DNA of 64,000 nucleotides from Hormiphora californensis (Eukaryota; Animalia; Ctenophora): NCBI GenBank assembly GCA_020137815.1, contig CM035350.1, positions 8,680,001 to 8,744,000 of the forward strand, read 5' to 3'. Shown piece by piece: positions 13,653 to 26,409 of this stretch (position 1 is its first letter; each line of letters starts with the position of its first letter). The notes under the pieces were generated by a model. It saw only the letters and a program-made list of their open reading frames with translations, ran no database searches and was not told where the DNA came from. The position numbers and the translations under genes were made by a program.

Positions 13653-16600
13653 TTGAGAATGGGAGAGAAAGAGAGAGAGAATGAGACTGAAAGACATAGA
13701 GAGAAAGTCAGAGAGATCATAGACAACGATAGATAGAGATAGAGATAGGTGCATTGTAATTATGGGATTATATGAGAAAGAAACTAAGAACGGAGAGAGA
13801 GAGAGAGAAAGAGAGATGAACATTGAACAAAGAAATGGAGAGAAGGGGATAGAGGGAATAAAAAAGTACAATCAATGCATTATAAGCATACAACTCATTG
13901 AACAACACAAGCAGAAAATGTTCACTTTACGGTTACTTCATTTGAGATTTAGGTGAAGTCCAGAAAATCCAGGTAACATGAAGCCAGCTTCCGTACCCGG
14001 AAGGGTGTACAGTGTACATCTTTGTCACCCCTGACCCCATTAGCAGCCCCGGAAGTCACCTGATACCGGCTTCCGTACCAGGATCAATAATGTAAGGTCG
14101 TCTTGTGTTTCATATATCTCTTTTTTGCAATGATAAGTAATATAAGTTCAGTTGGTATTTGTGGAAAGTTTGATTTGTCTAAGAAGTTTTGTTGACTCCG
14201 TCTACGAGTAGAAGGGCGCGGCTCAGTCCCCTGAGCGCGTTACGCAGCGCCCTCGTGCTGAAATTGTTTGCTATTTTCCGTACGCCAGTTGTGTTTAGGT
14301 CTCACTTTAGTCTGGGGTGGCGGCTACCTCAGACTAGCTGTGGGGTAGTTTCCCATTGTTATTACCTGCGTAGTAGTTACGTGTTTCTAAACCGGTTTTA
14401 CTAGCTGTTACCTGCGTAGAAGGGTACCAGTTCTTTAAGAACCATCTTCTGCGCCTCATCGTAGTGAGAAACATCCTTATCAAGATGGCCTCCTGGGCTG
14501 GACAACCTGCCACAAATCTTCTGTCCTATATCTACCGTTAGATCAACCTGTTGTGTGATATGACGTCACCACGGTATCTTCTTTTGTGATATGACGTCAC
14601 AGACACAAATCAAGTGAGATGATGTGAGGAGATTACAGGGTTGATAGTCGATATTCTTTCTCATAAAGTAAGGGTACTTGCAGTTCAATGTGAATTGGAA
14701 CTTGGAAGTGAATTGGAAGTGGATCATGCCTCAAATAGGATAGTGATGTGAGTGGGAGGTGATGTGAAACGTCATAATGATCTCCTGAAACTGAAGCGTG
14801 AGCTTTTAAAACAATGAACTACTGTATTAGTGGATCGAGCGGATAACAATAAGTCAACAACTAGATAATTAGAAGATAACAAACTAGTTGTTAACCTGTT
14901 TCCGTTGTGCCCAGGGCAACTTCTTAGTTTTCTCCGTGCTGGTGATATCAACCTTACTCTGCACTGGACTGTCAGGGTTGCTGCTTTGACCCTTTGATAT
15001 CACCGAGGGTGTGGGGGATCCGGTTGGGGACCCCAAGTTCACTGGCTGAAACATGGCGTGTGTTACGAAATAACCCCTTTGTGTGCTGCCAAGGGAGGGG
15101 TAAACCTTCGTTATCAGTTGTAATAAAACTTGAATATTTTATGTAATGATAACCTTTTTTTCAGAATCTAACAGCAGCACTGCTACTGCAGCTGCCCAGT
15201 CTAGACAATGGTGTTATATTGTTTAAAAAACAAAAGTTTTATATTTTAGAGGCGCCAGTTCGACTGTTATCTGACCAGCCCTCTCCTCCCTCTGCTGATA
15301 AAATGCAGCCTTTCACCTGACCAGATGTTACAGAGTCATGCCTGGGAACATTGCATACCATAGGGAGAGAGAGGCGACACACACATGGCAATATGATGCA
15401 CAGATAAAACTGGGTCAGAAACTTCTACGGACGAGTATTTGGTATTGCCTGAATGTTTCTAGGACTTGCCTCGCTCTGTCTCACCGCACATGACAATAAA
15501 GGCCAGAGTTAACCAGAAGGAAGTATCATACTCTGAACTTGCCAAACACTCTAGCAGAACATGTCTAGCAGAACATGTCTAGCAGAACATGTAACCTGTA
15601 CCAGGTGGTCTGGTGGAGGTATACCTTTTCCTGTGTTGGTTCAGTAGGTATCTGAGGGTCTAGGTAACAGTCGACTATTGCCTCTAGTTTCCGTAGTATA
15701 AAATCAGGATCAGTATCTGTGTGGTGCATCTCCTTGAATCTTTGCACCTGACACAGGGATATTCATGGTTCACTGTTTGTTAAATTTTGGCCATGAATAA
15801 AAGGGTCAATGACTATATCATATAGTATATGTATATTGATTGTTACAATTAATAATTAAGAAGATTTAGAAGAACCCACCTCAACCCAAAAGTGTAGATC
15901 ATTGATAATAAAAGGGTATCCGTCCTCTGCCCCATGCTCTGCTAGATACTTCTCGAAAAGTAACAGTTCCTCTGGCCATGTGCCAGACACGCTCATCAGC
16001 AGATTCAGCAGCTTGTGATATAATTCTTTCGTAGGTGTAGCTCTCCCTGGCACCTAGGAAGGGAGGGAGTCAGGAGGTTTCAATCACACTGTCTATTCAC
16101 ACGACACACCCACTTTCTCTCTCTGTGGGGTATTGTTGCCACACTGGAGAATGTGTCTGAAAACTAATCACACTATATCCCCCATTGCATGTGTGTGCTT
16201 GTTGACTCGGCGTCTCCAGGGGGGATCGAGGGATGGTTCAGCGCCGCGCACTGAGAGTCCATGCATCCATGCACCCTGCCGCGCGCTTTGACATCGCTGT
16301 GCTTTCATTTGAAGCGAGTGAAATTGTATCCCGCACCCTCCGTACCTTCTTATTCTTGCCTCTACCTCTCCTTCTCCCTCCGATAACGAATGATTGCTGA
16401 CTGAGAGTTGAGTTGTCGTCGGAAGCACTTCTCTTCCGTATAGCGGCTTGTGTTAGGGGTAGGCTCTGGGAATGTTTAGGGTTACATTTTCCCAGGGAAA
16501 CTCAGACAGGGACTATTGTTTAACTAATTAATTACTGCTAAAACCTGATTGATTGAAATTCCGTACACTCACATGGACATATTCGTTGAATGACTTCTCT

Positions 16601-19600
16601 ATAGCTGGTTCACAGAATGTCAGAGTCTTCGTGAGAAGTGGAGAGGGAGGTCGGGCAGTCTGATCTCGACTCATCTTAGTCAGGAGTTCCGTGGGGAAAT
16701 TATACGGCCTGGGGGTACTTGGTTGATAGGTTTTAGCATTAACAATAACGTCAGTGAATCACACTCATCTCCAAACACCAATAAATCTCCCAAAATGTTA
16801 CTTTTTGTCCTTGTAGATGAAGTGTGTCCTGTGGATATGTTCTGCTTGTAGTGCTCTGAGTTGTTTGTTTGATTGTTTATTAATCTCAAAGAATGAGGTG
16901 AGATCTCTCCACAGCAAATATTGGCACATCTTCTCTCCTGTCAGGGCGTGACTTGCCCAGTTTCCAAACTTGTCCATTGCCCTGGAGGGGTGGTGTAGGG
17001 TCAGGGAGATAGTAGGGCTAGGGGGAGATAAGGGGAGGTATTAACCAGTCTTTAGGAGAATAAATCTAGAAATAAAAAGATTAATATTATCACACTGATG
17101 GGATGAAAGGAAATCAGCGGGACCGTGACACACAAAGAGGATAGTAATCCAGGTGCAGAATTTTAATGGTTAAATTGTTTTAAGTTGCTGACTTGACAGT
17201 TATCACCGGCCCCCATTATCCCTCATTGTCACTCCCTCCACCTGTCAGGACACATCTCCCACTATAAAACCCCCCTCACCACCCACTTCAAACCAACCCA
17301 ACCAACCAACCAACAACACAATGAAGCTGTTCCTGACTGTTCTACTCGGCCTCCTGGCCTGCAGTACCTACGCTGCCCCTGCCCTCTCGGCTGAACAGGA
17401 ACTCCAGTCTATTGCTGACTTCCTGGAACGAGTGAAGGAGATCTATACCACTCTGAAGACCCGAGGAGCTGAGTTCGTGTGCAGTGCCAAACTACAGGAA
17501 TTACTGGACATCCTAGGCCTGCCCAATGAGCTAGATGGAGCCGTCCAAATGGCCCAGAGTTGGCTGTGTGGAGGTAGTGATGATGTAGTGAGCTCTGTTG
17601 CTAGTGCTGATATCGCCCTCCAGGGATGGACTGATAAGATCAAGGAGATCTACAACACCCTCAAGACCTACGGATATGATCTGGTCTGTGGTGCCAGCCT
17701 CCACGAGCTAATGGACATCCTGGGCCTGCCCGACCAACTTGACGGTACCGTCTCCATGATCCAAGGATGGATCTGCTCAGAGGAGGAAGCCAAGATGACC
17801 AAACGGGAGGTAGCTATTGTTGGAGGATTTAACGACTGGTTCTGGGATACCGTGGCCAAGCTGAAGGAGTATGGAACTGGAATTGTCTGCACTGCTAAAC
17901 TCCAGGACCTGATGGATCTTCTTGGACTACCTGATCTCCTGGATGGAGCTGTCAAGATGGCCCAAGAGTATGTGTGTGGGGGAGAGGACGAGGAACTCAA
18001 GACCACCTCCCTCCAGACCATCTATGTGAGTGGATTCATCGATACAGTCAAGAGGATCTTTGCTTCCTTCAAGAACTACAGTTACGAGCTGGTGTGTGGT
18101 GCTAGTCTCCACGAACTCCTTGATATCCTTAGGTCTAGCCTGACCAGCTGGATGGTGCTGTCACCATGGCCCAGGGATGGTTCTGTGACGAGGAGGTAAC
18201 CCCAGAGAAGAGATCCCCCCTGGTTCATCACCCCCGCCATGGAGCTGGCATGCCGTCCAAGGATTCTACGATACCGTCCAACACATGTACCAGCTGCTCA
18301 AACAGTACGTGGTATCCTTCGTGTGCAGTGCCAAACTTCACCAGCTCATGGATCCTCCTAGGAGTTCCTGACTGATCTCGATGGTGCTGTCAGCATCGCT
18401 CAGAAGATGATCTGTGGGCTGACCTCCTACAGCTCTTGCCTCTGCTGATGACATGCGAGGATTCTTTGATACAGTCCAGGAGATATTCTACAAGCTGGTG
18501 GAGATGAGCAAGGAGTACTGTCTGTGGAGCTGACATTCCTGCCTATTGTTCCAGGAACTTGGTCTAGCCTGATTCCATGACCTGGGCCGTTAATGTCGCC
18601 GTCGGATGGCTTTGCAATTAATTGTATAACATTGTGTTAACCCCTCAGTAAATCATATTGAGTTTTTAGCTTGTTACAAAGAAACACCAGTCTCATGTCA
18701 CACTCCATACCCCAATCCATACCCCTTTTCTATCACACTCCAGTCCCCCCTTCCATACCCCTTTTCTATGACACTCCCCCACTCACGTTCTGTTATTGAT
18801 AGACTCTGTAAAGGTTGCCACATATAACTCACGTTCTGTTATTGATTGACTCTGCAAAGGTTGCCACCTATAACTCACGTTCTGTTATTGATTGACTCTG
18901 CAAAGGTTGGGATGTGCATGTTCGCAAGATCCTCATCTTCCAACTCACTCTCATTGTCACTATCAAACACCGTGTGTAGCTTCTTCTTCTTTCCCTTCTT
19001 GTGCCGGTATGCACGGTAGCGCCTCCTACTGCTGGGAGGATAGGGTGTGTTAGTATACAGGAAGAGACCCAAGAAAAATATAAATCACGTACATCTAGAC
19101 TCCCACAAGAAACATTGGTTAGGAACCCAAGCAAAATGGGATCTAACGACTCCCACAAGTAACACTATTCACAGACTCCTAGTCACACAACTCCCCACTA
19201 CTCACTGGATGTTACGTTGTCCCTGCATCTGTTTGATTCTGTTCTCAGTTATTGTCTTGATCTCCTTCATTATATCAGGACGGGACTCTAGATACATCTC
19301 ATAATCCTCCTGTATATACTCCTTCCAGGCCCGCCGCAGGAACAACATCAGATTACCTGGGGATAAAGTGTGGTGTTATGTTCTAACCCAGCGGGGGGGG
19401 GGGGGGGGCCGGGGGGGGGCCGGGGGGGGGGGTTTGAACGAGGCAGTGTCATGAATCAAGACAGTAGTTGAATAAGTGGGGAAATTTGTCACATGATATC
19501 CTATATCTCTTTTCTCCTCACCCTTTGCGACATCGAATACAGAGCTAGGCACCACATCCTTTAGTGGCGAGCAGTGCAATCCTAATGTCAGAAGTCACAG

Positions 19601-20869
19601 CAGGACCCAGTTCCAAGGACTGTGGTGCACCAGGGGCCATGAAACTATGCCAAATCTTCCATCCGGCCCTCTTTAGAATACCCCGGTCTGCCTTCCTAGT
19701 TTCGTATGCCTTGTATTGTATCACCTCCTCCATGAACGTCAGGATTCTCATCAGACCCACGTTACCATGGTGATCTAGCCAGTTTCCTGAATGGGCCTCC
19801 CTGCGTTCTTGTCACTTCGGATACCATACGAGAAGTGGTCCTTTCGGGAACTAATCGGGGAGGGTAGGAGGTTATTAAAAAGAATTCTGGTTCAGTCAGT
19901 TGTTAGTTGTTAGAACTGGTTAGAAATACGTTTTCACGATGTTACAGCTCAAGACACCTGTAATATTTCGGCCAAAAGGTTTGCAATTGATTCAAGTTAT
20001 ATAAGGAACCTACTTTACGATAGAGGCAGACACGTTTCTTAGTCGGCCACTGATAATCCTTTGATCGTGTTCCTTAAACATATCCGTCCAGTTTACCGTG
20101 TCGTTTATCTGGGTGAGGGGGGGGGGCATGAGAAACGTTCATCTGTGTGGGGGAGGAGGGGGAAATCAGAAGTTTTATCGTTCCTATTATAGAGATAGAT
20201 CGATAGATAAGAGGGGGTGATAGTCAGAACAAGTCATGAAGGTGTAATTTACCACTGTGGAAAGCTTCCTCAGCTGGGATGGATAAGATCGGGATACAGC
20301 GACGGAGGGAAGAAAAGGGAGTTTTAGTTGTTCTTCGTCAAGTTCTAACTTTAGAGTCGGATCCAACCTGGATAGAAAGGGAGTCGTTATTATGAATAGG
20401 ATCCTTTCACAAACCACCCTATCACTAAAAACCTCTCTGATGCCCCCTGGCCCTCAAAACCCCCCCTTCCCCCTACCCGTCCTAATATACCAGTTCTTAA
20501 CTACTTACTTTCCGTTGTTGCACTTCATCTGAAAGTACCGGGGAAGCCAGTAACCCTGCAGTTTCCTGAGGACTTGATCCCTCAATCGTCTTAATGCCGG
20601 ATACTCTCTTTTTAAAAGACGCTCCTGAGGATGTTTTGTGCGTGCGAGTGTAGCATGTTATAGAGAGGTCTGTGATTTATGACTAGAATTGAACTGAGTA
20701 TGAGAAGGGAGAGAGAGAGAGAGAGAGACCGACGCGGTGCAGAGGATGACCAGAGATAGGAGCGAGAGGAGACGACGAGACGCATGAGAGAGAGGAGAGT
20801 CCGAGAGAGGAGAGAAGAGAGACCGGAGGAGACGAGGGAGAGAGAGAGGAGAGAGAGGAAGAGAGAGGA

Positions 20870-20900
<31 letters not shown>

Positions 20901-22758
20901 GAGAGAGAGATTGTATAGATCTGATTGAGAAAAGAAGCATGTAGCCCGGCAAGCTGTGTACAGGACGCAACACCGTATCTCTCCCTCTCTCTCTTGAAAG
21001 ACGGAGCAAAGCAGAAAATATTCATGAGAAGTAATAGAGGCAGTGTATTGAATCGTAAAATATAGCAATCATTCCCCGAACGAGCAATCATTGCTAACAT
21101 ATTTCACATTCCAAATACCAGATCTCCCTCTGATGGTTGGAACTGCGCATACATCCATTTTATAACGGCCCTCATTCTTGGAGGGGGGGGTATAACATAC
21201 CTTGGCGGATGATGATAGTCTTGTCTTGTATTTGTCCTGTAGGTCCCTCAGCAGGTCAGCACATTTCTCCTGAGATGTACATTCCTCTCCCAACTGCTGC
21301 TCTATCTGTAACACGGACATGTGGTTTAGAGTCTCTTTGTCTCACATGGTTTAGAGTCTCTTTGTCTCACATGGTTTAGAGTCTCTTTGTCTTACTAAAG
21401 GCTGTCCACTCCGAGGCTTGGTAAGTCCGCGTGGCTAGAGCATCAAAATGGAGAAGACCACGAGCAAAACAGAACAAGACAGAGGCGCACAGAGCTATTC
21501 ATATGTTTAGACCCTCCTAACAGACACATACTCTGCCAAACAACCCATCCACACAATCTTCTACCATCCTCCACCGACCAAAATGTTAACATTGTCTATA
21601 TTATGTTAAAAAAATGGGAAGTCTTGAATTTCCATTTGTCATATTGGATGTACATGGTCCCTTCTCATTACTATTGCCCCATATATATTTCTCAGCCATT
21701 GATGAGGTCATCAATCCGGTACCACACCCTTTCTCTACAATTGATTAGTCCCATACAACTAGAAACTAGTACAATTTAGTACCTGTGTGATCCCCCATTA
21801 TAATTTGTAGTACTAATTACCTGAGTGATATCGAGCCACAGATTCAGTAGGTGTTCCCCTGCCGTCCTAGCCAGAAACTCTCTAAATGAATCCATTGCAG
21901 CCACCGAACCAACCAGAATCCTTCGATCTTGTTTTGTGATGTTTAATTCCGGGAAACTCTCGTTATACGATCCATCTAGCAGTGGGGGTGAGGGTGTTCG
22001 GTCCCTGGCCGTTACGTCTGATCCAGTTGGGTTCCTGGGGAAGGGGGGAGGATGGTTTGTAACGTGAGTGAGATGGACAGTAACAGTGAATATATAATAT
22101 TCAAGCTAGCGTTCATGCAGCTCGTGTTTATTCAACCCTGAGGGGCCAATACATGGCTATTGGCCAGAGATTTGTCTCAATTTGGGGGAGTAAATTATTG
22201 CCCTAGTAACAATTTATGCCAATTAACATGAACCCGCCTCCATTTTCCTATACCCCACCACCCCCCTCATGACTCATGATTCAGCCCGCCCTGCATACAC
22301 ATGTAACAGATCTTCCCTCCCTCTTTTTCCATCTCTATTGACCCTATGTCTCTCTGTCCATCTCCCTATTTTCCTCCCCCTCTCTCCCTCTCACTTGTTC
22401 TTGTAGATCCTTCTCCACAGATGAGGGCTGGATATATCTGACTGAGAGTCGGGGAGCATCTCACAGACAGACTGTGAGAAGAGCTCTGAGGAGGCGGGGA
22501 TGAGGGAGGGTTGTTCCATGTCGGGTGTAGCTGTGTAGACAGTTGTATCCGGTGCTGGGGGTGTTGGTGGTCGGGGTAAAATGGTGACAGGTTGATCCTC
22601 CTCCTCTGCTTTGCTGTAAACCCTGGTAGGTTCCACAAATTCAACCTGCCAGAGAGTTGGATGAGGGAAAGGGGAACAAAACCTGATATGAGACAGACAG
22701 TCAGTCAGACAGTCAGTCAGTCAGTCAGTCAGTCAGTCAGTCAGACATACAGACAGTC

Positions 22759-22799
<41 letters not shown>

Positions 22800-23006
22800 G
22801 TCAGTCAGTCAGACAGTCAGTCAGTCAGTCAGTCAGTCAGTCAGTCAGTCAGTCAGTCAGTCAGACAGTCAGTCAGTCAGACAGTCAGTCAGTCAGTCAG
22901 TCAGTCAGTCAGTCAGTCAGTCAGTCAGTCAGTCATTCATTCAGTCAGTCAGTCAGTCAGTCAGTCAGTCAGTCAGTCAGTCAGTCAGACATACAGACAG
23001 ACAGTC

Positions 23007-23039
<33 letters not shown>

Positions 23040-23230
23040 GTCAGTCAGACAGTCAGTCAGTCAGTCAGTCAGTCAGTCAGTCAGTCAGTCAGTCAGTCAG
23101 TCAGACAGTCAGTCAGTCAGACAGTCAGTCAGTCAGTCAGTCAGTCAGTCAGTCAGTCAGTCAGTCAGTCAGTCAGTCAGTCAGTCAGTCAGTCAGTCAG
23201 TCAGTCAGTCAGTCAGACATACAGACAGTC

Positions 23231-23271
<41 letters not shown>

Positions 23272-23462
23272 GTCAGACAGTCAGTCAGTCAGTCAGTCAG
23301 TCAGTCAGTCAGTCAGTCAGTCAGTCAGTCAGTCAGTCAGTCAGTCAGTCAGTCAGTCAATCAGTCAGTCAGTCAGTCAGTCAGTCAGTCAGTCAGTCAG
23401 TCAGTCAGTCAGTCAGTCAGTCAGTCAGTCAGTCAGTCAGTCAGTCAGACATACAGACAGTC

Positions 23463-23503
<41 letters not shown>

Positions 23504-23711
23504 GTCAGTCAGTCAGTCAGTCAGTCAGTCAGTCAGTCAGTCAGTCAGTCAGTCAGTCAGTCAGTCAGTCAGTCAGTCAGTCAGTCAGTCAGTCAGTCAG
23601 TCAGTCAGTCAGTCAGTCAGTCAGTCAGTCAGACATACAGACAGACAGACAGTCAGACAGACCGACAGACTGACAGACATACAGACAGACAGACAGACAG
23701 ACAGACAGACC

Positions 23712-23755
<44 letters not shown>

Positions 23756-26205
23756 GGTTATTATACCGATGGTGGCCCTCTGGGGGATCCCTGAACTTGT
23801 GTTGTGATTGGTCCATTACTAATTTCAGGGAGGCTCGTCTGAACTGTACTACCTTCTTCTTCTTCCTCCAGCACACTCGTACTTCTCTCTGTATATTTTG
23901 GGGGGAGTAAGCACTTCTCGGTATCGGAGTGATGGAACATATTTAGAATGTGGAATTGATCTTGGACCCCGCACCTTCAAATAATAATACCTAGTACCTA
24001 CGTAGATTGAGCGTGAACGGTGAATGAATTGAGTGCAGTTGTCATGGGGCGTGTAGGAACTAGGATGGTTACCATGGTAACACTAGACTCTCCTCCATCG
24101 TTACCATGGTTACCTGTGTTTGGAGAGTGGGATGTCTCAGTAGCGACAGAACCTGCAGCCTGGTGTTCATGTATCGTGTTACTCGACATTACAATCAAGT
24201 CCCTGCAGGGAGGAAGTATGTTTAGTTTATTCAGTTGGAGCAGGACCTTAGTTAGTGAGGTTCCAGTGGAGCAGATAGAAAGAGTGAGAAATTGAGGAGT
24301 AATTAGTTTTGATTACATAGCAACAAGTCCTGTGCAGACAGATGTCACTGTATAATCTTCTCATATTTCACAAAACATGCGCCATCATGAGAGAGAGGGA
24401 GGGGTATCGTGGGAGGAGAGTGTTGCTATGACAACTTGTTATCATATGCAGTCCTTGCTCCCTTCTAGTAATAATAATACACATTCATGGACAGTTAAAT
24501 CATGCAATCTTCTCATAGCAGCGCATTAATCCCACTCGAGATAGAATTTCGGCATTCCAAATTAGAATGTAAGTTATTCATGATATGATCAGAGGAATTT
24601 AGGTCACGTAATCAGCACATTCTAAGGATCGGTGAAATGCCTGCCAGCAGCCTGACATGCCACTATCTGATTCAGAGTTCAGTAGACAGAAATACCGGGA
24701 GTGGAGGAGTGCCTGTAGCCTTGCTCGTTTATATCTGAGCCTATTGTACCCAGTGGGTCGTCTAGAAAACAATAAAGCTGTCTGATTTTCATGATAAAAA
24801 AATGGAAAGCACAACTTGACCAGTATCACAAATAGTGATTCATTCCAATATTACCTGTCCATATGGAGACTACTCTGGGTACCATCACCAGGAACAGTAG
24901 AGGGTGCGGCACTGCCCGGTATGGAGGGTGTGGGGGGCTGTACGAGAGGCTCCTGTAACCCATCCACTATACTCATCTTGGAACTCCTCTCAAAGCCAGC
25001 CAGGTCCATAACATTTCGCTCCTAGGGGTGGGTTGGATTTGAAACATCCCATTCTATCTCAAACCAGTGGGAGATAGATGTATTCTCACAATCATTATCT
25101 GTCCCTCTCTTTAGTAAAAGTAACAATCTCTCCCACTCTCTCCTTAGTAAAAGTAACGATCTCTCTCACCTTTACAGCATGTTCCCCATCCTCACTAGCA
25201 TCTTCACTCTCACTCTCAGTCAGCTCTTCCTCACTGTCATCTCTATCTGGCACCGCGCCAGAGACCCGCAACAACTGCTTACACAACTGGTACTCAACGT
25301 ACAAACTTGTCCTGAGAGGAGAGGGTGAGAGGGTGGAGGAGGTGAGAGGGTGGAGGAGGTGAGAGGAGGGGTGGGTGAGAGAGAGGGTGTCCTGAGAGGG
25401 GAGGGTGGTGAGAGAGGGGCGGGGCCATATACAGGATGTTCGTTTTTTGGCTAAGATCCAAAATGAACACCATGTTGCTCAGAAATATACAAGGGGAGAA
25501 ATGCAGGGTGAGAGGGTCTATCTGGTCTATATTTAGGGAGCAGTAGGACAATTGCCAAATAATAAACCCTGAGGGTCGGGGACCCCCTTCATACAATTAC
25601 CTCAGGAACAGGGGTAGTCGAGTTTTTAGAAGCCACGTCTGGAGGAGCTCCTGTATGTCATTACCGGGCATGGGAGCCTGGATAGTTAGCCCCACTACTG
25701 GCACTCGACAATCCCGGTACACCTCGAGGAGTCTGACCGTCTTGCGATCGTAGTAAAGGGGTCGGGAGAATGCCTGAAGAAGAGGGGTAAGGAGAGAGGG
25801 GGGGGGGCTTCATAGAGCTGGAGGGTTGGAAGTTATTAGGTGACTAATGACTAAAGATGGAGACTCTATCTCTCTCTGTCTGTAGTTGAGGGGCATGATA
25901 GGTAACTTGCAATTGATTTACCGGCAGGGAGAGAAAGGCATTAAAATAGTCACAGAACGCCGGATCTCTCTTCAGTATTTTGAGGGCGGTCTTGTAGTTG
26001 ATTGGTAACCCTGAAACAAAAGAATCAAATGAGGATTATCGAAACCATAGTACTAGGCTCTAAAACTCAAGTAAAGGCACGGTTAGGGCTAATATGATAA
26101 GATTGGTTGGTTAGGCCCAGATGTGTGGAGGGGGAATGTGTTACCTTGCCATAGTGTTTTGAGTTGCCTTCTCAGGACAACGTGTTCCAAACTTCTTTCA
26201 CTCAT
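9783..26205 (-). CDS. RGS22: RGS22-like regulator of G-protein signalling (multi-exon, several RGS-like domains)
   Basis: Spliced translation: MSERSLEHVV..WQG|LPINYK..DPAFCDYFNAFLSLP|AFSRPLYYD..WLLKTRLPLFLR|TSLYVEYQLCK (like RGS22 N-terminal DYFNEFLSLP / RLPAFL..YFEYRL); FREFLARTAGEHLLNLWLDI (~21821-22036); FMEEVIQYK..KIWHSFMAPGAPQSLEL (~19550-19790); NDLHFWVE|VQRFKEMH..IVDCYLDPQIP (15880-16053, ~15625-15747); EAQKMVLKELVPFYAG (~14411-14547); further exons 13034-13132, ~10970-11135, ~9940-10012. 3' end approximate. Confidence 0.85.
11305..12560. repeat. Degenerate polypurine (AG-rich) tract in an RGS22-like intron
   Basis: ~1.25 kb strongly A/G-biased; ORFs are Ser/Leu or Arg/Glu low complexity. 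Confidence 0.85.
12876..13020. repeat. 32-bp minisatellite GTAACAATCTCTCCTGACTCTCTTTAGTAAAT, ~4.5 copies
   Basis: Unit starts at 12876, 12908, 12940, 12972 and ~13009. Confidence 0.9.
13208..14312. mobile_element. ~58-bp inverted repeat pair bracketing ~1.1 kb (possible non-autonomous DNA transposon)
   Basis: GACTAAAGTGAGACCTAAACACAACTGGCGTACGGAAAATA..CAATTTCAGCAC at 13208-13265 and its reverse complement at 14255-14312; no clear TSD. Confidence 0.6.
17263..17269 (+). promoter_or_regulatory. TATA box of the nested secreted repeat gene
   Basis: TATAAAA ~50 bp before ATG 17321, followed by an Inr-like TCA and an AC-rich short 5' UTR. Confidence 0.65.
17321..18621 (+). CDS. Intronless secreted protein with signal peptide and six ~60-66 aa C-x28-C helical repeats, nested antisense in an RGS22-like intron
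   Basis: MKLFLTVLLGLLACSTYA signal peptide; repeat consensus GFxD..(I/F)Y..LKxY....VC.A.L.ELxDILGLPD.LDGAV.MAQ.W.C; intact ORF to ~18130, repeats 4-6 recovered across several +1 insertions to ..AVGWLCN-TAA (18619-18621). Confidence 0.85.
18781..18909. repeat. 46-bp tandem triplication spanning an RGS22-like exon end and GTGAGT donor
   Basis: ACTCACGTTCTGTTATTGAT.GACTCTG.AAAGGTTG at 18781, 18827 and 18873. Confidence 0.9.
22690..23755. repeat. Compound (CAGT)n/(CAGA)n tetranucleotide array with higher-order periodicity
   Basis: ~1.07 kb; variant CAGACATACAGAC recurs at ~22742, 22986, 23214, 23446 and 23630. Confidence 0.95.
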
Positions 26206-26296
26206 AATGATGACTTCCTTCTTCCCATCACTATGCCTATTAGAAGAAGAGTGGATTCAAACAACTGATAATATCCTGCTATCAGATAGAGTATAG

Positions 26297-26310
26297 TAGT
26301 GACGTCACTA
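26297..26310. promoter_or_regulatory. 14-bp perfect palindrome containing a CRE (TGACGTCA) in a divergent promoter region
   Basis: TAGTGACGTCACTA between ATGs at 26205 (-) and 26410 (+). Confidence 0.5.
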
Positions 26311-26409
26311 ATGGTGTCATCATCAGGTCTGGTGTTTTTGTGCTAGCAGATCGCGTAACACACCATTTCTACTCAGATCTGTGTTTTGTGTTGTTCACCC
26401 TCTATCATC

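Noticed and set aside
22592-23794. 400-aa SQSV/RQTD repeat ORF
   Set aside because: Stop-free reading of a tetranucleotide microsatellite antisense to an intron
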